A stretch of DNA of 64,000 nt, taken from NCBI GenBank assembly GCA_965223505.1, contig CBDCWP010000021.1, positions 288,001 to 352,000 of the forward strand, in the 5' to 3' direction. Both the position numbers and the translations under genes were made by a program. The notes beneath the pieces were generated by a model. It saw only the letters and a list, made by a program, of their open reading frames with translations, was not told the DNA's origin and ran no database searches. Of the stretch, positions 8,701 through 17,543 are shown piece after piece (position 1 is the first letter of the stretch; every line of letters starts with the position of its first letter). Origin of the DNA: Planctomycetota bacterium (GTDB taxonomy: Bacteria; Planctomycetota; PLA2; JAEUHO01).

Positions 8701-11299
8701 CGAAGGCGGCAATCCCACGCTGGCGTTGTCCACGCTGACGCGGGCGCTTCGCACCGCCGAAGAGAAGGATCTGGCAGCGCGGAGCGCGCGACTGGCGTGG
8801 GACATCGCGCCGCTCGCAGCGGCGCTCGGCGAGAGCCAGGCGGCCCGCAAGGCGCTCGCCGTGTCCGCCCGATGCGCCCGGCAGCGCGTCACGACCGAAT
8901 GCCGGCCGATGCACTTCATCACGAGCGGCGTCTCGTCACTGCACGTCGGCAACCCGGCGCGCTTCCGCCGCAGGATCGAGCTGGCGGAGCGGCACCAGAC
9001 GGATCTCCTCGGCGAGAACGCGCCGCTCCTGCCCATCCTGCGCTCCGCGGCCGTCGCGCTCTCCCAGGGCAACTTCGCCCCGGACCTGTCGGCGCGGCCC
9101 GCCCCGCGCGAGTCGGGCCGACTGATCTACCGCGCCCTCGCATGGATGGCCCAAGCCGGGCGGAATCCGGCGCAGCTCTCGGTAGCCGACGCGCCGTACC
9201 TGGTGCACGATCGCGCGCGGGCCGGCTACCAGCCGGGATTCGAGCAGCGCATCGCCGTCGAGCTGTGCCTACACGTATTCACCTACTCTCGGGCTCCACT
9301 GCGCAGCGAGGCGATCGCCGACATCCGAGCGCGCGCCCAACGCGCCGGCGAGAAGATGATCCTCGCGAGGACGTGTGCGCTGTCCTCGGCCCTACAGGAC
9401 AGTCCGCTCACACCGGACGACGCCCGTCGCTTCTCGCAGGCCGTATCGCTGCTCGGTTCGATTCCCCGGTTCGTCGATTTCGGCTCGCACGGCCTTCCCA
9501 AGGAGTTCGACGTTGCGGTGCAACGTCACGCCGCGACGGTTCGACCGATCACGTCCGAGGAGACCGTCTCCGTCGAATCGCTACACGCGCTGGCGCATCG
9601 GCTGCTCGTCCACAGCGGATCGACGGACGCGCCGGACAAACGGCTCGCCTCGGCACTTCGACGCGTTCTCGAAGCCACGGCCCTCATGAAGGCCGGCGCG
9701 GACGTCGATGCGCTGCTGGCCGACATGACCCGCAACACGATCGAGATCACGGGCGCGGAGCGTGCCTGCGTCGTTCGATTGGAGGGCGACACCGAGCTGC
9801 AGATCAAGGTCGCGACGAGCGCGACGGAGCAGGATCACAAGGTCAGCATCGAGGACCTCTCGCACACCGTCATCCATCGCGTCATCGTCTCCCGCCAGGC
9901 GCTCTTGCTGCATGACGTGTTCGACGACGAGGAGCTCCTGGGGCGCCCGAGCATCACAGCCCTCTCGCTCCGCTCGATTCTGTGCGTGCCGATGCTGCGC
10001 GGCGAGACGCTCTACGGGGTGATGTACGCCGACAACACGTCAGCGGCCGGCTCGTTCGACAAGACCGACCTCGAGGTCCTGATGCTCTTCGCAGAGCAGG
10101 CAGCGGCCGCGCTCGAGACGATGCGCCTCGTCGCCGACGTCCAGGCGAGCATGGAGGAGCTCAAGGCCATGCAGGACCGGCTCGTTCGCGGCGAGCGACT
10201 GCGCGTCATCGGTGAGTTGAGCAGCGGCGTCGCGCACGAGTTCAACAACCTGTTGACCTCGATCCTCGCGCGCGTCCAGCTGATCAGCCTCAACCCGCTG
10301 AGCGTCGAGCTGAAGAACGACCTCGATCTGATCGAGAAGGCCAGCCTCGACGCCGCCGAGGTCGTACGCCGCCTCCAGAGCTTCAGCCGCTCCCAACGGC
10401 AGGCCGACTTCCGGCCCGTGAAGATCGAGGAGATGTGTTCGGACGCGGTCGAGTTCCTCCGTCCGCTCTGGGCGACGCGCAGGCGCCACGGACGCCCGGC
10501 GATCCGGGTTCAGGTCCGCTGCGAAGACGACCTCGACGTCGCCGGAGATCCGACGGAGCTTCGCGAGGTGCTCACGAATCTGATCAAGAACGCCCTCGAC
10601 GCGCTCGACGACGGCGGGGACATCACCGTCTCCGCCGCCGAGCGCGACGGTGAGATCCGCGTTCGCGTCGAGGACACGGGCAGTGGCGTCCCCGAGGAGC
10701 TGCTTTCGAAGGTGTTCGACCCCTTCTTCACCACGAAGGGCGAGCGCGGGACCGGGCTCGGACTCGCATTGAGCCAGCAGATCGTCGAACGACACGGCGG
10801 CTCGATGACGATCGACCGGGGAGCGGGCGGCGTCGGCACGCTGGTTTCGATCACGCTACCCAAGCTCGAAGACAGCGCGTCCCCCGTGCTCGCCGACACC
10901 GCGACCGAGGACACGTCCGAAGGAAACGGCTCCATCAAGGTGCTCGTCGTCGACGACGACGAGAGCGTGCGCGAGCCGCTCTGCGAGTATCTCGAGCTGT
11001 CGGGCTACGAGGTTCACGCCGCTCGAGACGGCAGCGAGGGTCTGCGCGCCGCTCCGGCCGTCTCCCCCGACATCGTGATCAGCGACGTCGGCATGCCGGG
11101 CATGGACGGTCTCGAGCTCTGCCGTCGACTGCGAGCGCTCTTGCCGGAGCTCCCGGTGATCTTGATCAGCGGATGGGCGAGCGGCATCAAGCCGGTGCAG
11201 GCTCGCCGGGCTGGGGCGCGCGCCCTGCTGGCGAAGCCGTTCGCCATGCAGCAGGTGACGGAGCTCGTGACCTCGCTCACCTCCGCGGCCCGCAATTGA
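5771..11299 (+). CDS. Multidomain hybrid sensor: Ser/Thr kinase-like + AAA-like + TPR + GAF + HisKA/HATPase + receiver
   Basis: LGSGAHGRVYLA, VAFK, HYDVTPGN, GTPQYMAPE; GAPGAGTT and LLVED; TPR (ASVLNNLA...); GAF (RSILCVPM...GVMYADN); AHEFNNLL, NLIKNALDA, FDPFFTTK, GTGLGL; REC VVDDD...DVGMPGMDG...KPF. Confidence 0.9.
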   Translation: MSTDSNIGQILVGRYLLRRLLGSGAHGRVYLADDLGRGGTRVAFKLVEGLVGGGPRDPAESILRWLRHPNWADVLDAGACGAHDYFQVTRYVQGRSLDKLAGPQPVELVWQVLEDGARVLRALHQQGLIHYDVTPGNLLLEPDGDRSAFVLTDGGLAHVGPVRGVARGTPQYMAPEVTEDRGHDHRTDLYSLGLVAYRLAVGRDPFEGGAGDVLGQRRRYDSPRASVVRPELPPELDDLIADLLARDPNARPFDGNAVLDRVRDARDAQVPEFTAVEGLAAASGGPLVGRSRQLVRFRRTVRELARHLPAESEARVRGPVSHLTDPVVLVRGAPGAGTTRLVSEFASLARDDELPVMLVAGRERAPDRRGPLRRLVDGLSSLGLGEDEKPEKIRLDLRSNGMQREERAHAANRAIEVVIREVERAAERTPFVLLVEDFADLPSGAREAVRVLSRHLLSRAEEPGRHDASPVSLVVDLGVASPDSLLIPDAMNLQRPVIELDALQYGDLQTMCETRFPGLTMVSEDVARLYETCDGMPSTLVAVMSEAGRRGDLRYDTGRWHWDLSALDAYEIRRGLTPMHAEALGRAGPRTRTLLQQLALVESNLGEPVVRALCERAGLEEIPATTLLSVQAQTTSAAYALANKSIRDELLRTLTEDEVLAHAERLIKTLEAHASPETVLERARLLVRVGRGEDAVRLLHDACDDLTVEDRHATQSVLRTALDADESLARGETRNAIAALLDHGPDAVHLATALASTEIAHERCSNAIAIAQTLQSGQKYRDALDFLKNDIDPGDSAIESSLLHCIRAQVLLATQQLELAHDAVREARLWMRRGRSARHTHPGRVFAYLATTAQMMFFRGRLDRAARLLRRATRYAAKDGSLFKRASVLNNLAITLTSSGRPREAQRYFQRALRLMRLIGDTDGVVFTTLNVARLNYLAGDPLGSASLYKQCAALAQRYALHVTVTKALRALALIFDEGGNPTLALSTLTRALRTAEEKDLAARSARLAWDIAPLAAALGESQAARKALAVSARCARQRVTTECRPMHFITSGVSSLHVGNPARFRRRIELAERHQTDLLGENAPLLPILRSAAVALSQGNFAPDLSARPAPRESGRLIYRALAWMAQAGRNPAQLSVADAPYLVHDRARAGYQPGFEQRIAVELCLHVFTYSRAPLRSEAIADIRARAQRAGEKMILARTCALSSALQDSPLTPDDARRFSQAVSLLGSIPRFVDFGSHGLPKEFDVAVQRHAATVRPITSEETVSVESLHALAHRLLVHSGSTDAPDKRLASALRRVLEATALMKAGADVDALLADMTRNTIEITGAERACVVRLEGDTELQIKVATSATEQDHKVSIEDLSHTVIHRVIVSRQALLLHDVFDDEELLGRPSITALSLRSILCVPMLRGETLYGVMYADNTSAAGSFDKTDLEVLMLFAEQAAAALETMRLVADVQASMEELKAMQDRLVRGERLRVIGELSSGVAHEFNNLLTSILARVQLISLNPLSVELKNDLDLIEKASLDAAEVVRRLQSFSRSQRQADFRPVKIEEMCSDAVEFLRPLWATRRRHGRPAIRVQVRCEDDLDVAGDPTELREVLTNLIKNALDALDDGGDITVSAAERDGEIRVRVEDTGSGVPEELLSKVFDPFFTTKGERGTGLGLALSQQIVERHGGSMTIDRGAGGVGTLVSITLPKLEDSASPVLADTATEDTSEGNGSIKVLVVDDDESVREPLCEYLELSGYEVHAARDGSEGLRAAPAVSPDIVISDVGMPGMDGLELCRRLRALLPELPVILISGWASGIKPVQARRAGARALLAKPFAMQQVTELVTSLTSAARN

Positions 11300-11300
11300 A

Positions 11301-11325
11301 AGCGGCCGGCGCGATGCCGGCCGCT
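11301..11325. terminator. Hairpin between convergent genes, probably a bidirectional terminator
   Basis: AGCGGCCGGC-GCGAT-GCCGGCCGCT, a perfect 10-bp stem between the stop at 11299 (+) and the stop at 11351 (-); no U-tract. Confidence 0.6.
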
Positions 11326-11350
11326 CTCCAGTCGATCGTTCGGCCCGATC

Positions 11351-11677
11351 CTAGTTGATCCACTCCCACTCGGTGGACTGGATGGCGTGCCACTTGCCGC
11401 CAACGGAGACGTGCAGGATGGTGCCATCCATGCCGGTGCCCGCGTTCAACGCCGGCACGCACTCGAGGTAGGTCTGGAGCTCGCCGGCGGTTACCGGAGC
11501 GCCGTAGACGTCGTAGACCTGGATGTCCTTGCCGGCGGCGCCGAGCACGGAGAGCGTGCCGAACGAGCCGGACCACTGGTACTGAACGCCCACCGGCTCG
11601 GGAGCCAGGTCCGCGCTCGCCGTGGTCGTAACAAGGCTGGCCGCAAGGACGACGGCCACAATCCCGAGGAACTTCAT
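11351..11677 (-). CDS. Small secreted protein (108 aa), predicted beta-rich
   Basis: Sec signal MKFLGIVAVVLAASLVTTTASA|DL; AGGAG RBS; typical codon usage. Confidence 0.8.
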   Translation of the reverse strand: MKFLGIVAVVLAASLVTTTASADLAPEPVGVQYQWSGSFGTLSVLGAAGKDIQVYDVYGAPVTAGELQTYLECVPALNAGTGMDGTILHVSVGGKWHAIQSTEWEWIN

Positions 11678-11788
11678 CGGTGCTCTCCTGGTGGATCTGA
11701 AGCGCTCCTTGCGCGTCAGGTGTTGAGATTCTTAAACAGTGGTCGATTTTTTTCAACATAGAACGTTGCAGAAAAACCACTTACGTCG

Positions 11789-14700
11789 ATGGCCGATGCA
11801 AACGCCCACGAAACAGCGGGCCGGGAAGGGCCTCGTAACCCCTTGCGGGCAATAGCCCTCCGGACGTATGCCTTTTCGATGCGCCGCTGCCGCCCGCTCT
11901 TGATCTGCTGTCGGCCGAGAGCCCGTAGGAGCCGCCGACGCGGTCGGCCGTGGTGGCTGAGGCGACGTCGCTTTCAGCTCAGGGTCACCATCCACGCGTG
12001 CGAAGTCACCGAGTACGGGGTGGTCATCACGTTCTCGCTCCTCCGTGCCATGTTCACGCACGGGCGCTTCCCTCGAGTGATCGCCTTTGAATACGACCCC
12101 TCCCTCCCGGCTCATCGGTTTGTGGCGAGCACGCTCCTGGCGACTGCCGATCCGACGCCAAATACTCTGGCTGAACTCAGGCGTAGCCCACCCCAACCGC
12201 AGGTGCCGACGCGCCCATCAACCAGTTGGTGGTACCGACGCGGCTTCATGCAGGAAGGCGTCGTGCGCTTGGGGCGCACTCTCGAGCGGAGACCCACACG
12301 TCGAGTCGCTTGGCTCGCAATAGTCCGCTTGCTTTCGACGCCGCAGCCCGCCTCACGACTCCGTTCAGACTTCGTCCGAATTGCGCGCAAGGCCGCGGGC
12401 GTCGTCGCAGAGACTGATGTCGTCCGAGTGTTTGGGCAGGATCTGATCCGATATCTGCTCAACGAAGGCGACCTCGACTTGCGCCGCTACCGTGATGCAC
12501 TCCGGAGTGTTGACGAAACCGAGCGGGACTATCTCCGTGCAGTAGTCGCGATCCTCAGTGCTCGACATGCTGTTTCAACCGCCAAGTCGCCAGCCGTAAG
12601 GCTCGTCGCTGCTTGGCGCGCCGAACGACGCTCGCGCCGAGCGGGACTGCTGTCACTGCAGGGGACCGCGCGCTCGTTTCGAAGGCGTATGGAAGGAGCG
12701 TACGAGGATGTCGCGCGAGTGATGGTCCGAAGCCACCGAACGAGGGCTCTGTTGCCGGAAGCGAGTCGATTCGTTTCGCCGGCCAATGACTGGCTGTTCT
12801 TCGCACTTCAGCAAGGGAGAACCCCCTATTCGCAGATTCGTGCGGCCATCGGCTGTCTTGCGGACGCGTGGCCGAATGCAAGAGTGCCAATTGGCGTCGC
12901 AACCGCACTCAGGTTGCGTGACTTGCGACGCTGCTTCCCTGGGTCAGCGGAGCGGCTCAGGTCGGTACTAGCTGAGCGATCGCTTCTGGACAACGAGTTC
13001 GCTCAGACGACTGCGCCTTCGGCTAGCGCCGCGAACGTCCTGCACATCCTCTCCGCCGGGATACTAGGTGAGCCTCTTCGACGTGCATTTCCGCTTGAAC
13101 CAGGGCACCTCGCCTTCTTACCGGCGCTATGGCGGCGCCACCGGCCGATGGGCCGGAACAGCGCTCGTGGAGGCACTCTCGATAGGAATGCGGCCGTAGA
13201 CCTCGCCTGCAGCCTAGTCATTCATGGGCAGCCCGTTGATCGCCAGCAGCGGAGAGTACTAGTCTCGGCACTTCGTAGCGAACGGCCGTGGTCCCGGCGG
13301 CTGATTGTTGGGATGGTTGCCTGCCGGATGCTCCTCAGAGAGGGCAACGTCCCACTCGCGGGCAAACAGCTCGTCAAGGCCAAGGACGCCTACGACGGGT
13401 TTCGTGCACTCTGTCGGCAACACGACGTCGAGAAACAACCGGATCTGCTCGACGACTACGAGTCGCACTGCACTCGCGTGCTGGAGGCCTTCACCCCTCG
13501 CGTCGCTCCCGGAAAGCACGTCGTCCGAACCCTCGAGCGCGTGATCGCGCGCCTACCGCGCCGCCGGCCCCGTCACCCGGGCCGAACGCTCGCAGCGCTC
13601 GACGCCGTCATCACCGCGGGCCAGTCCGCGCCGGATCAAGAGATCGACCAGCGGGTCGTGCGGGAACTCGCACGAATGCTGCGGGCCCGCGTCCTCTTCC
13701 ACTACGCCGCGGGACGCTACCTCTCGCTCGAACATCAACGACGACACACGCTCTCGACCTGGACGATGAGGCGGCTGGTCTGCGACGACGAGTTTCTCGT
13801 GAAGAAGGTCCGCCGCCGACCCGAGTTCTGGCGACCGGAGCAACGACGACCCGGAGGCGTCATCCGCTTCGCCGTCGGACGCGGTGTCGCGTGTCTGGCA
13901 AGGAAGTCCCCGTTCCGCAATCGCGAAGCCCGCGCCGTACGAACGGTCCTGCGCTTCCTGGCCGAGCGCCGGGAGAAGCCGCAGGCGCCTCTGACGGTGG
14001 CGAGGGACATCCGAGGCCGTCGAACGCGCGAGCCGCGCCCCATCGAGGGGCTGGTGGGGACCTCGCGTCCGTGGCGGCGCACGCTGCGAAACGTGTGGCG
14101 ATTCGCGCCGACGGACTGTTCCGTGATCGTCTTGGGTGAGACCGGCACCGGCAAGGAAGGCGTCGCCCGGGCGCTGCATCTGGCGTCCGAGCGCGCGCAG
14201 GGCCCCTTCATCACGGTCAACTGCGGGGCTGTCCACACCGAAACACTGGCCTCGACCCTCTTCGGTCACGTGCGCGGCGCCTTCACGGGCGCAGACCGCC
14301 CACGTCGCGGTCTCTTCGTCGCCGCGCATCGCGGCACGCTCTTCTTCGACGAGCTCAGCGAAATGCCCTACGACATGCAGACCGCTCTGCTGCGGGTGCT
14401 GGAAGAAAGGACCATCCTGCCGCTCGGTGCGACCAAGCCGCGCCGCATCGACGTTCGAATCGTGTCGGCGACCCACTCCGACATCGACGCCGCCGTTGCC
14501 ACAGGCCGACTGCGCTCCGATCTCGTCCATCGATTGGACGTCGCACGCCTGGTGCTCCCGCCGCTGCGCGAGCGCATGTCCGACCTGCCGTTGCTCACGA
14601 GCCATCTCCTCGCACGCGCCGAGATCGCCCAGACGATGCACATGGACGCGCTCGAAGCGCTGGCCCGCCACACGTGGCCGGGCAACGTACGAGAGCTGGA

Positions 14701-15046
14701 CAACGTGCTTCGCGCGGCCGCACTTCTCAGCGACGGCCCGGTCATCGAGCCGGCCGTCGTGGAGCACGTGCTCGACTCTCGGCGTCGCGCACAGGCGAGC
14801 GCCCCGCGTCTCGCGGCTCCTCTGACCCCGCGCGCGCGAGAGATCGTGCTTCGCATGGGGGATCGCTGGTGTTCGACCCCGGAGCTGGCAGCAGAGCTCG
14901 GCGTCTCACCCCGGACGATCAACCGCGAACTGGCCGAGATGCTGGATTCGGGGCTCGTAGAGGCTTTCGGCCGCGCTCGTGCGCGGCGCTATCGCGCCTG
15001 TCGCGATTCGTCGGGTTTCGGCGTCGCCCAGCCCGAAGTCCACTAG
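11789..15046 (+). CDS. Sigma54-dependent transcriptional activator (bEBP) with a long atypical N-terminus, GAF-like segment and C-terminal winged HTH; start codon uncertain
   Basis: GETGTGKE, VNCGA, LFGHVRGAFTGA, LFFDE, LLRVLEE, WPGNVREL; C-terminal ELAAELGVSPRTINRELAEM. Confidence 0.85.
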   Translation: MADANAHETAGREGPRNPLRAIALRTYAFSMRRCRPLLICCRPRARRSRRRGRPWWLRRRRFQLRVTIHACEVTEYGVVITFSLLRAMFTHGRFPRVIAFEYDPSLPAHRFVASTLLATADPTPNTLAELRRSPPQPQVPTRPSTSWWYRRGFMQEGVVRLGRTLERRPTRRVAWLAIVRLLSTPQPASRLRSDFVRIARKAAGVVAETDVVRVFGQDLIRYLLNEGDLDLRRYRDALRSVDETERDYLRAVVAILSARHAVSTAKSPAVRLVAAWRAERRSRRAGLLSLQGTARSFRRRMEGAYEDVARVMVRSHRTRALLPEASRFVSPANDWLFFALQQGRTPYSQIRAAIGCLADAWPNARVPIGVATALRLRDLRRCFPGSAERLRSVLAERSLLDNEFAQTTAPSASAANVLHILSAGILGEPLRRAFPLEPGHLAFLPALWRRHRPMGRNSARGGTLDRNAAVDLACSLVIHGQPVDRQQRRVLVSALRSERPWSRRLIVGMVACRMLLREGNVPLAGKQLVKAKDAYDGFRALCRQHDVEKQPDLLDDYESHCTRVLEAFTPRVAPGKHVVRTLERVIARLPRRRPRHPGRTLAALDAVITAGQSAPDQEIDQRVVRELARMLRARVLFHYAAGRYLSLEHQRRHTLSTWTMRRLVCDDEFLVKKVRRRPEFWRPEQRRPGGVIRFAVGRGVACLARKSPFRNREARAVRTVLRFLAERREKPQAPLTVARDIRGRRTREPRPIEGLVGTSRPWRRTLRNVWRFAPTDCSVIVLGETGTGKEGVARALHLASERAQGPFITVNCGAVHTETLASTLFGHVRGAFTGADRPRRGLFVAAHRGTLFFDELSEMPYDMQTALLRVLEERTILPLGATKPRRIDVRIVSATHSDIDAAVATGRLRSDLVHRLDVARLVLPPLRERMSDLPLLTSHLLARAEIAQTMHMDALEALARHTWPGNVRELDNVLRAAALLSDGPVIEPAVVEHVLDSRRRAQASAPRLAAPLTPRAREIVLRMGDRWCSTPELAAELGVSPRTINRELAEMLDSGLVEAFGRARARRYRACRDSSGFGVAQPEVH

Positions 15047-15129
15047 TTTTCCACAATTCTCCTTTTCGTGTGGAATCACAACTCTCGTCAAATGAATGAG
15101 TTGTGACCAATCGTCCACATGCGCCGGCT

Positions 15130-15144
15130 CGGCACGGCGAATGC
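15130..15144 (+). promoter_or_regulatory. Putative sigma54 (-24/-12) promoter
   Basis: CGGCACG-GCGA-ATGC gives GG-N10-GC, close to the consensus TGGCACG-N4-TTGC; it lies just downstream of the bEBP gene and points at the cyclase gene. Confidence 0.45.
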
Positions 15145-15380
15145 GAAATGGCGGGCGATGTCGATCAAACAGCCCTTTCGCGCCGCGCCGGTCACCTTTC
15201 GGGCGCTCGCGGTGCTGCTCGTCCACTTCACGGGGCGCGGCGTTCCGCCGCGGGCCCATCTGCCCCCTGACCTCCCTGGTTCGTGGGGGACGCTCGCCCC
15301 GGTCTTTCGCTCGGCACGACCCGTGGAACCGCAGACGAAAGCGCTGCCGCCGTTCCGCATTCCGTATAACGGCGCACCGC

Positions 15381-17501
15381 ATGCGACTCTCTCTGCGCAC
15401 GGTCCTCCTCGGTTCGTTGCTCGCGATCCTCGTAGCGACCGTGGGGACGGTGGCAGCCGTCTCCCACACCAACTCGAAGGACATGGTCGACGACCTTGCC
15501 GGCCATACGAAGCGGCAGACCGCCGACCGCATCCACGATCAGATCCGCTCCCTCCTCGACCGCGCCGTGCTCGTCAGCGACGTCAACGTGAACGAGTTCG
15601 AGGGTCGCAAGCTCAGCTACGAGTCCTTCGAGAGTGTGACCAACCACTTCTACGAGTCGATGGCGTTGGTGGAGGAGCTGAGCTACCTCTCGCTCAGCCT
15701 GCCGACGGGTGACTACTGTCACGTCGACCGCAAGCCCGGCGCGGAGAGGTTGGCGATCGTCACGCGCAGACGTCTGGACGACCACAGCCTGCTCCATCGG
15801 TACGAAATCGAGAACGGGAAGCGCAAGCTGCTGTACGAGACGAAAGACGAGTACGACCCTCGCGTTCGTCCGTTCTACAAGCAGGCAGCGGAAGCCAAAC
15901 GACGGATCTGGACCGACGTCTACGCCTTCTTCAACTCGCCGGAGCCGGACTATCCCGGATTGTCGCTTGCGACCCCCGTCTACGACCCGGACACGAAGGC
16001 GCTCGCAGGTGTATTCACCGCGGACTTCAACATGGTGGAGCTCGGGCGATTCCTCGAGGGGTTGCCCATCTTCGACAACGGAACGGCGTTTCTCGTCGAG
16101 GTCGACCGCCAGGGTGTCCGCCATGTGATCGCGCATCCCAACTCGTCTCTTCTGCTGAAGACGGAGCCGGACGAGAAAGGGAACGACCGATCCGTGCTGC
16201 GCCGCATCGACGAGATCGAGAGTCCTGTCGTACGCGCGTTTCTGGCGCAGGTGCCGTCACATGGAGACCGACACGAACACCTGCAGCGGCTCGAGTTCAG
16301 CGTCGGTGATGACGACTACGTCGGGGCATACGATCCGCTCGTCAGTCGTCACGGCCTCGACTGGCACGTCGCGATCGTGGTCCCCCGCGACGACCTGATG
16401 AAGCAGGCAGATCGAAACATCGAGACGACGCTGCTGATCGGCGCCTTGAGCTTGATCCTGGCGCTGCTCCTCGGGATCTACCTCGCGGGTCGCGTGTCGC
16501 GCCCCGTGCGCGCGCTCGTCGATCAGACCGAGAAGATCGCCAAGATGCGTCTCGACCCGGCGCCCGAGCCGAGCTCCCGGTTCGAGGAGATCGCGCAGCT
16601 CGGAGCGGCCATGGAGGAGATGAAGACGGGCCTGCGCTCGTTCGGCAAGTACGTTCCCGCGGACCTCGTGCGAGAGATGCTCGAGTCCGGCGCCGAAGCC
16701 AAGCTCGGCGGCGAGCGCAGCACGCTCACGATCTACTTCTCCGACATCGAAGGATTCACCTCGATCGCGGAGAAGCTCGATCCGGAAGATCTCGTCGCGC
16801 TCTTGGGCGAGTACCTCGAGGAGATGAGCCGCGGCGTCGCGTCGACCGGCGGGACCGTGGACAAGTACATCGGTGACGCGGTGATGGCGTTTTGGGGCGC
16901 GCCCAATGACGACCCGAGCCACGCACAGAACGCTTGCGCCGCGGCGCTCGAGAACCAAAGGCGGCTCGCTGTCCTCAGAGAGGACTGGCGGGCCCGGGGA
17001 CAACCGGAGCTACGCGCGCGAATCGGCATCAGCTCCGGCGAGGTGATCGTCGGCAATCTCGGAAGCGAGTCGCGGCTGAACTACACGGTGATCGGCGACA
17101 CCGCGAACCTTGCCAGCCGGCTGGAAGCGCTCAACAAGTTCTACGGGACGTCGATTCTGATCAGCGCGGCGACGCACGGACGTGTGAAGCGCGCGTTCGT
17201 CGCGCGGCCGTTGGAGCGCGTGACGGTGAAGGGCAAGGAGGAGGGCGGCGTCGTCTACGAGCTGCTGGGCGAGGCCGGAGCCGTCGACGACGACACGCTA
17301 CGACTCGTCGAAGCGGCCACGGTGGGACTGGAACGGTTTCACTCTCGAAAGTTCGAGGAGGCGATCACGGCGTACGAGGAGGTGTTGCGGCTGCGAACAG
17401 GCGATGCGCTCGCGACGCTGATGATCGACAGCTGCCGCGCGTACCTGGAAACGGCGCCCCCACCTGGATGGGACGGCGTCCGTCGCATGACGAAGAAATA
17501 G
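15381..17501 (+). CDS. Class III adenylate/guanylate cyclase with periplasmic Cache-like and HAMP domains
   Basis: Two TM helices; YDPRVRPFY (Cache); FSDIEGFT, DKYIGDAVMAFWG, YTVIGDTANLASRLE, VKGK. The Lys in DKY suggests ATP specificity. Start taken at MRLSLRT. Confidence 0.92.
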   Translation: MRLSLRTVLLGSLLAILVATVGTVAAVSHTNSKDMVDDLAGHTKRQTADRIHDQIRSLLDRAVLVSDVNVNEFEGRKLSYESFESVTNHFYESMALVEELSYLSLSLPTGDYCHVDRKPGAERLAIVTRRRLDDHSLLHRYEIENGKRKLLYETKDEYDPRVRPFYKQAAEAKRRIWTDVYAFFNSPEPDYPGLSLATPVYDPDTKALAGVFTADFNMVELGRFLEGLPIFDNGTAFLVEVDRQGVRHVIAHPNSSLLLKTEPDEKGNDRSVLRRIDEIESPVVRAFLAQVPSHGDRHEHLQRLEFSVGDDDYVGAYDPLVSRHGLDWHVAIVVPRDDLMKQADRNIETTLLIGALSLILALLLGIYLAGRVSRPVRALVDQTEKIAKMRLDPAPEPSSRFEEIAQLGAAMEEMKTGLRSFGKYVPADLVREMLESGAEAKLGGERSTLTIYFSDIEGFTSIAEKLDPEDLVALLGEYLEEMSRGVASTGGTVDKYIGDAVMAFWGAPNDDPSHAQNACAAALENQRRLAVLREDWRARGQPELRARIGISSGEVIVGNLGSESRLNYTVIGDTANLASRLEALNKFYGTSILISAATHGRVKRAFVARPLERVTVKGKEEGGVVYELLGEAGAVDDDTLRLVEAATVGLERFHSRKFEEAITAYEEVLRLRTGDALATLMIDSCRAYLETAPPPGWDGVRRMTKK

Positions 17502-17543
17502 CGTTCGGGCTCGGGCTCGCGACGTGGCAGTCCCAAACAGGGC

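Noticed and set aside
15119..15712. 197-aa ORF after the sigma54-like promoter
   Set aside because: It overlaps the cyclase gene out of frame for over 300 bp and has no RBS or recognisable motifs.
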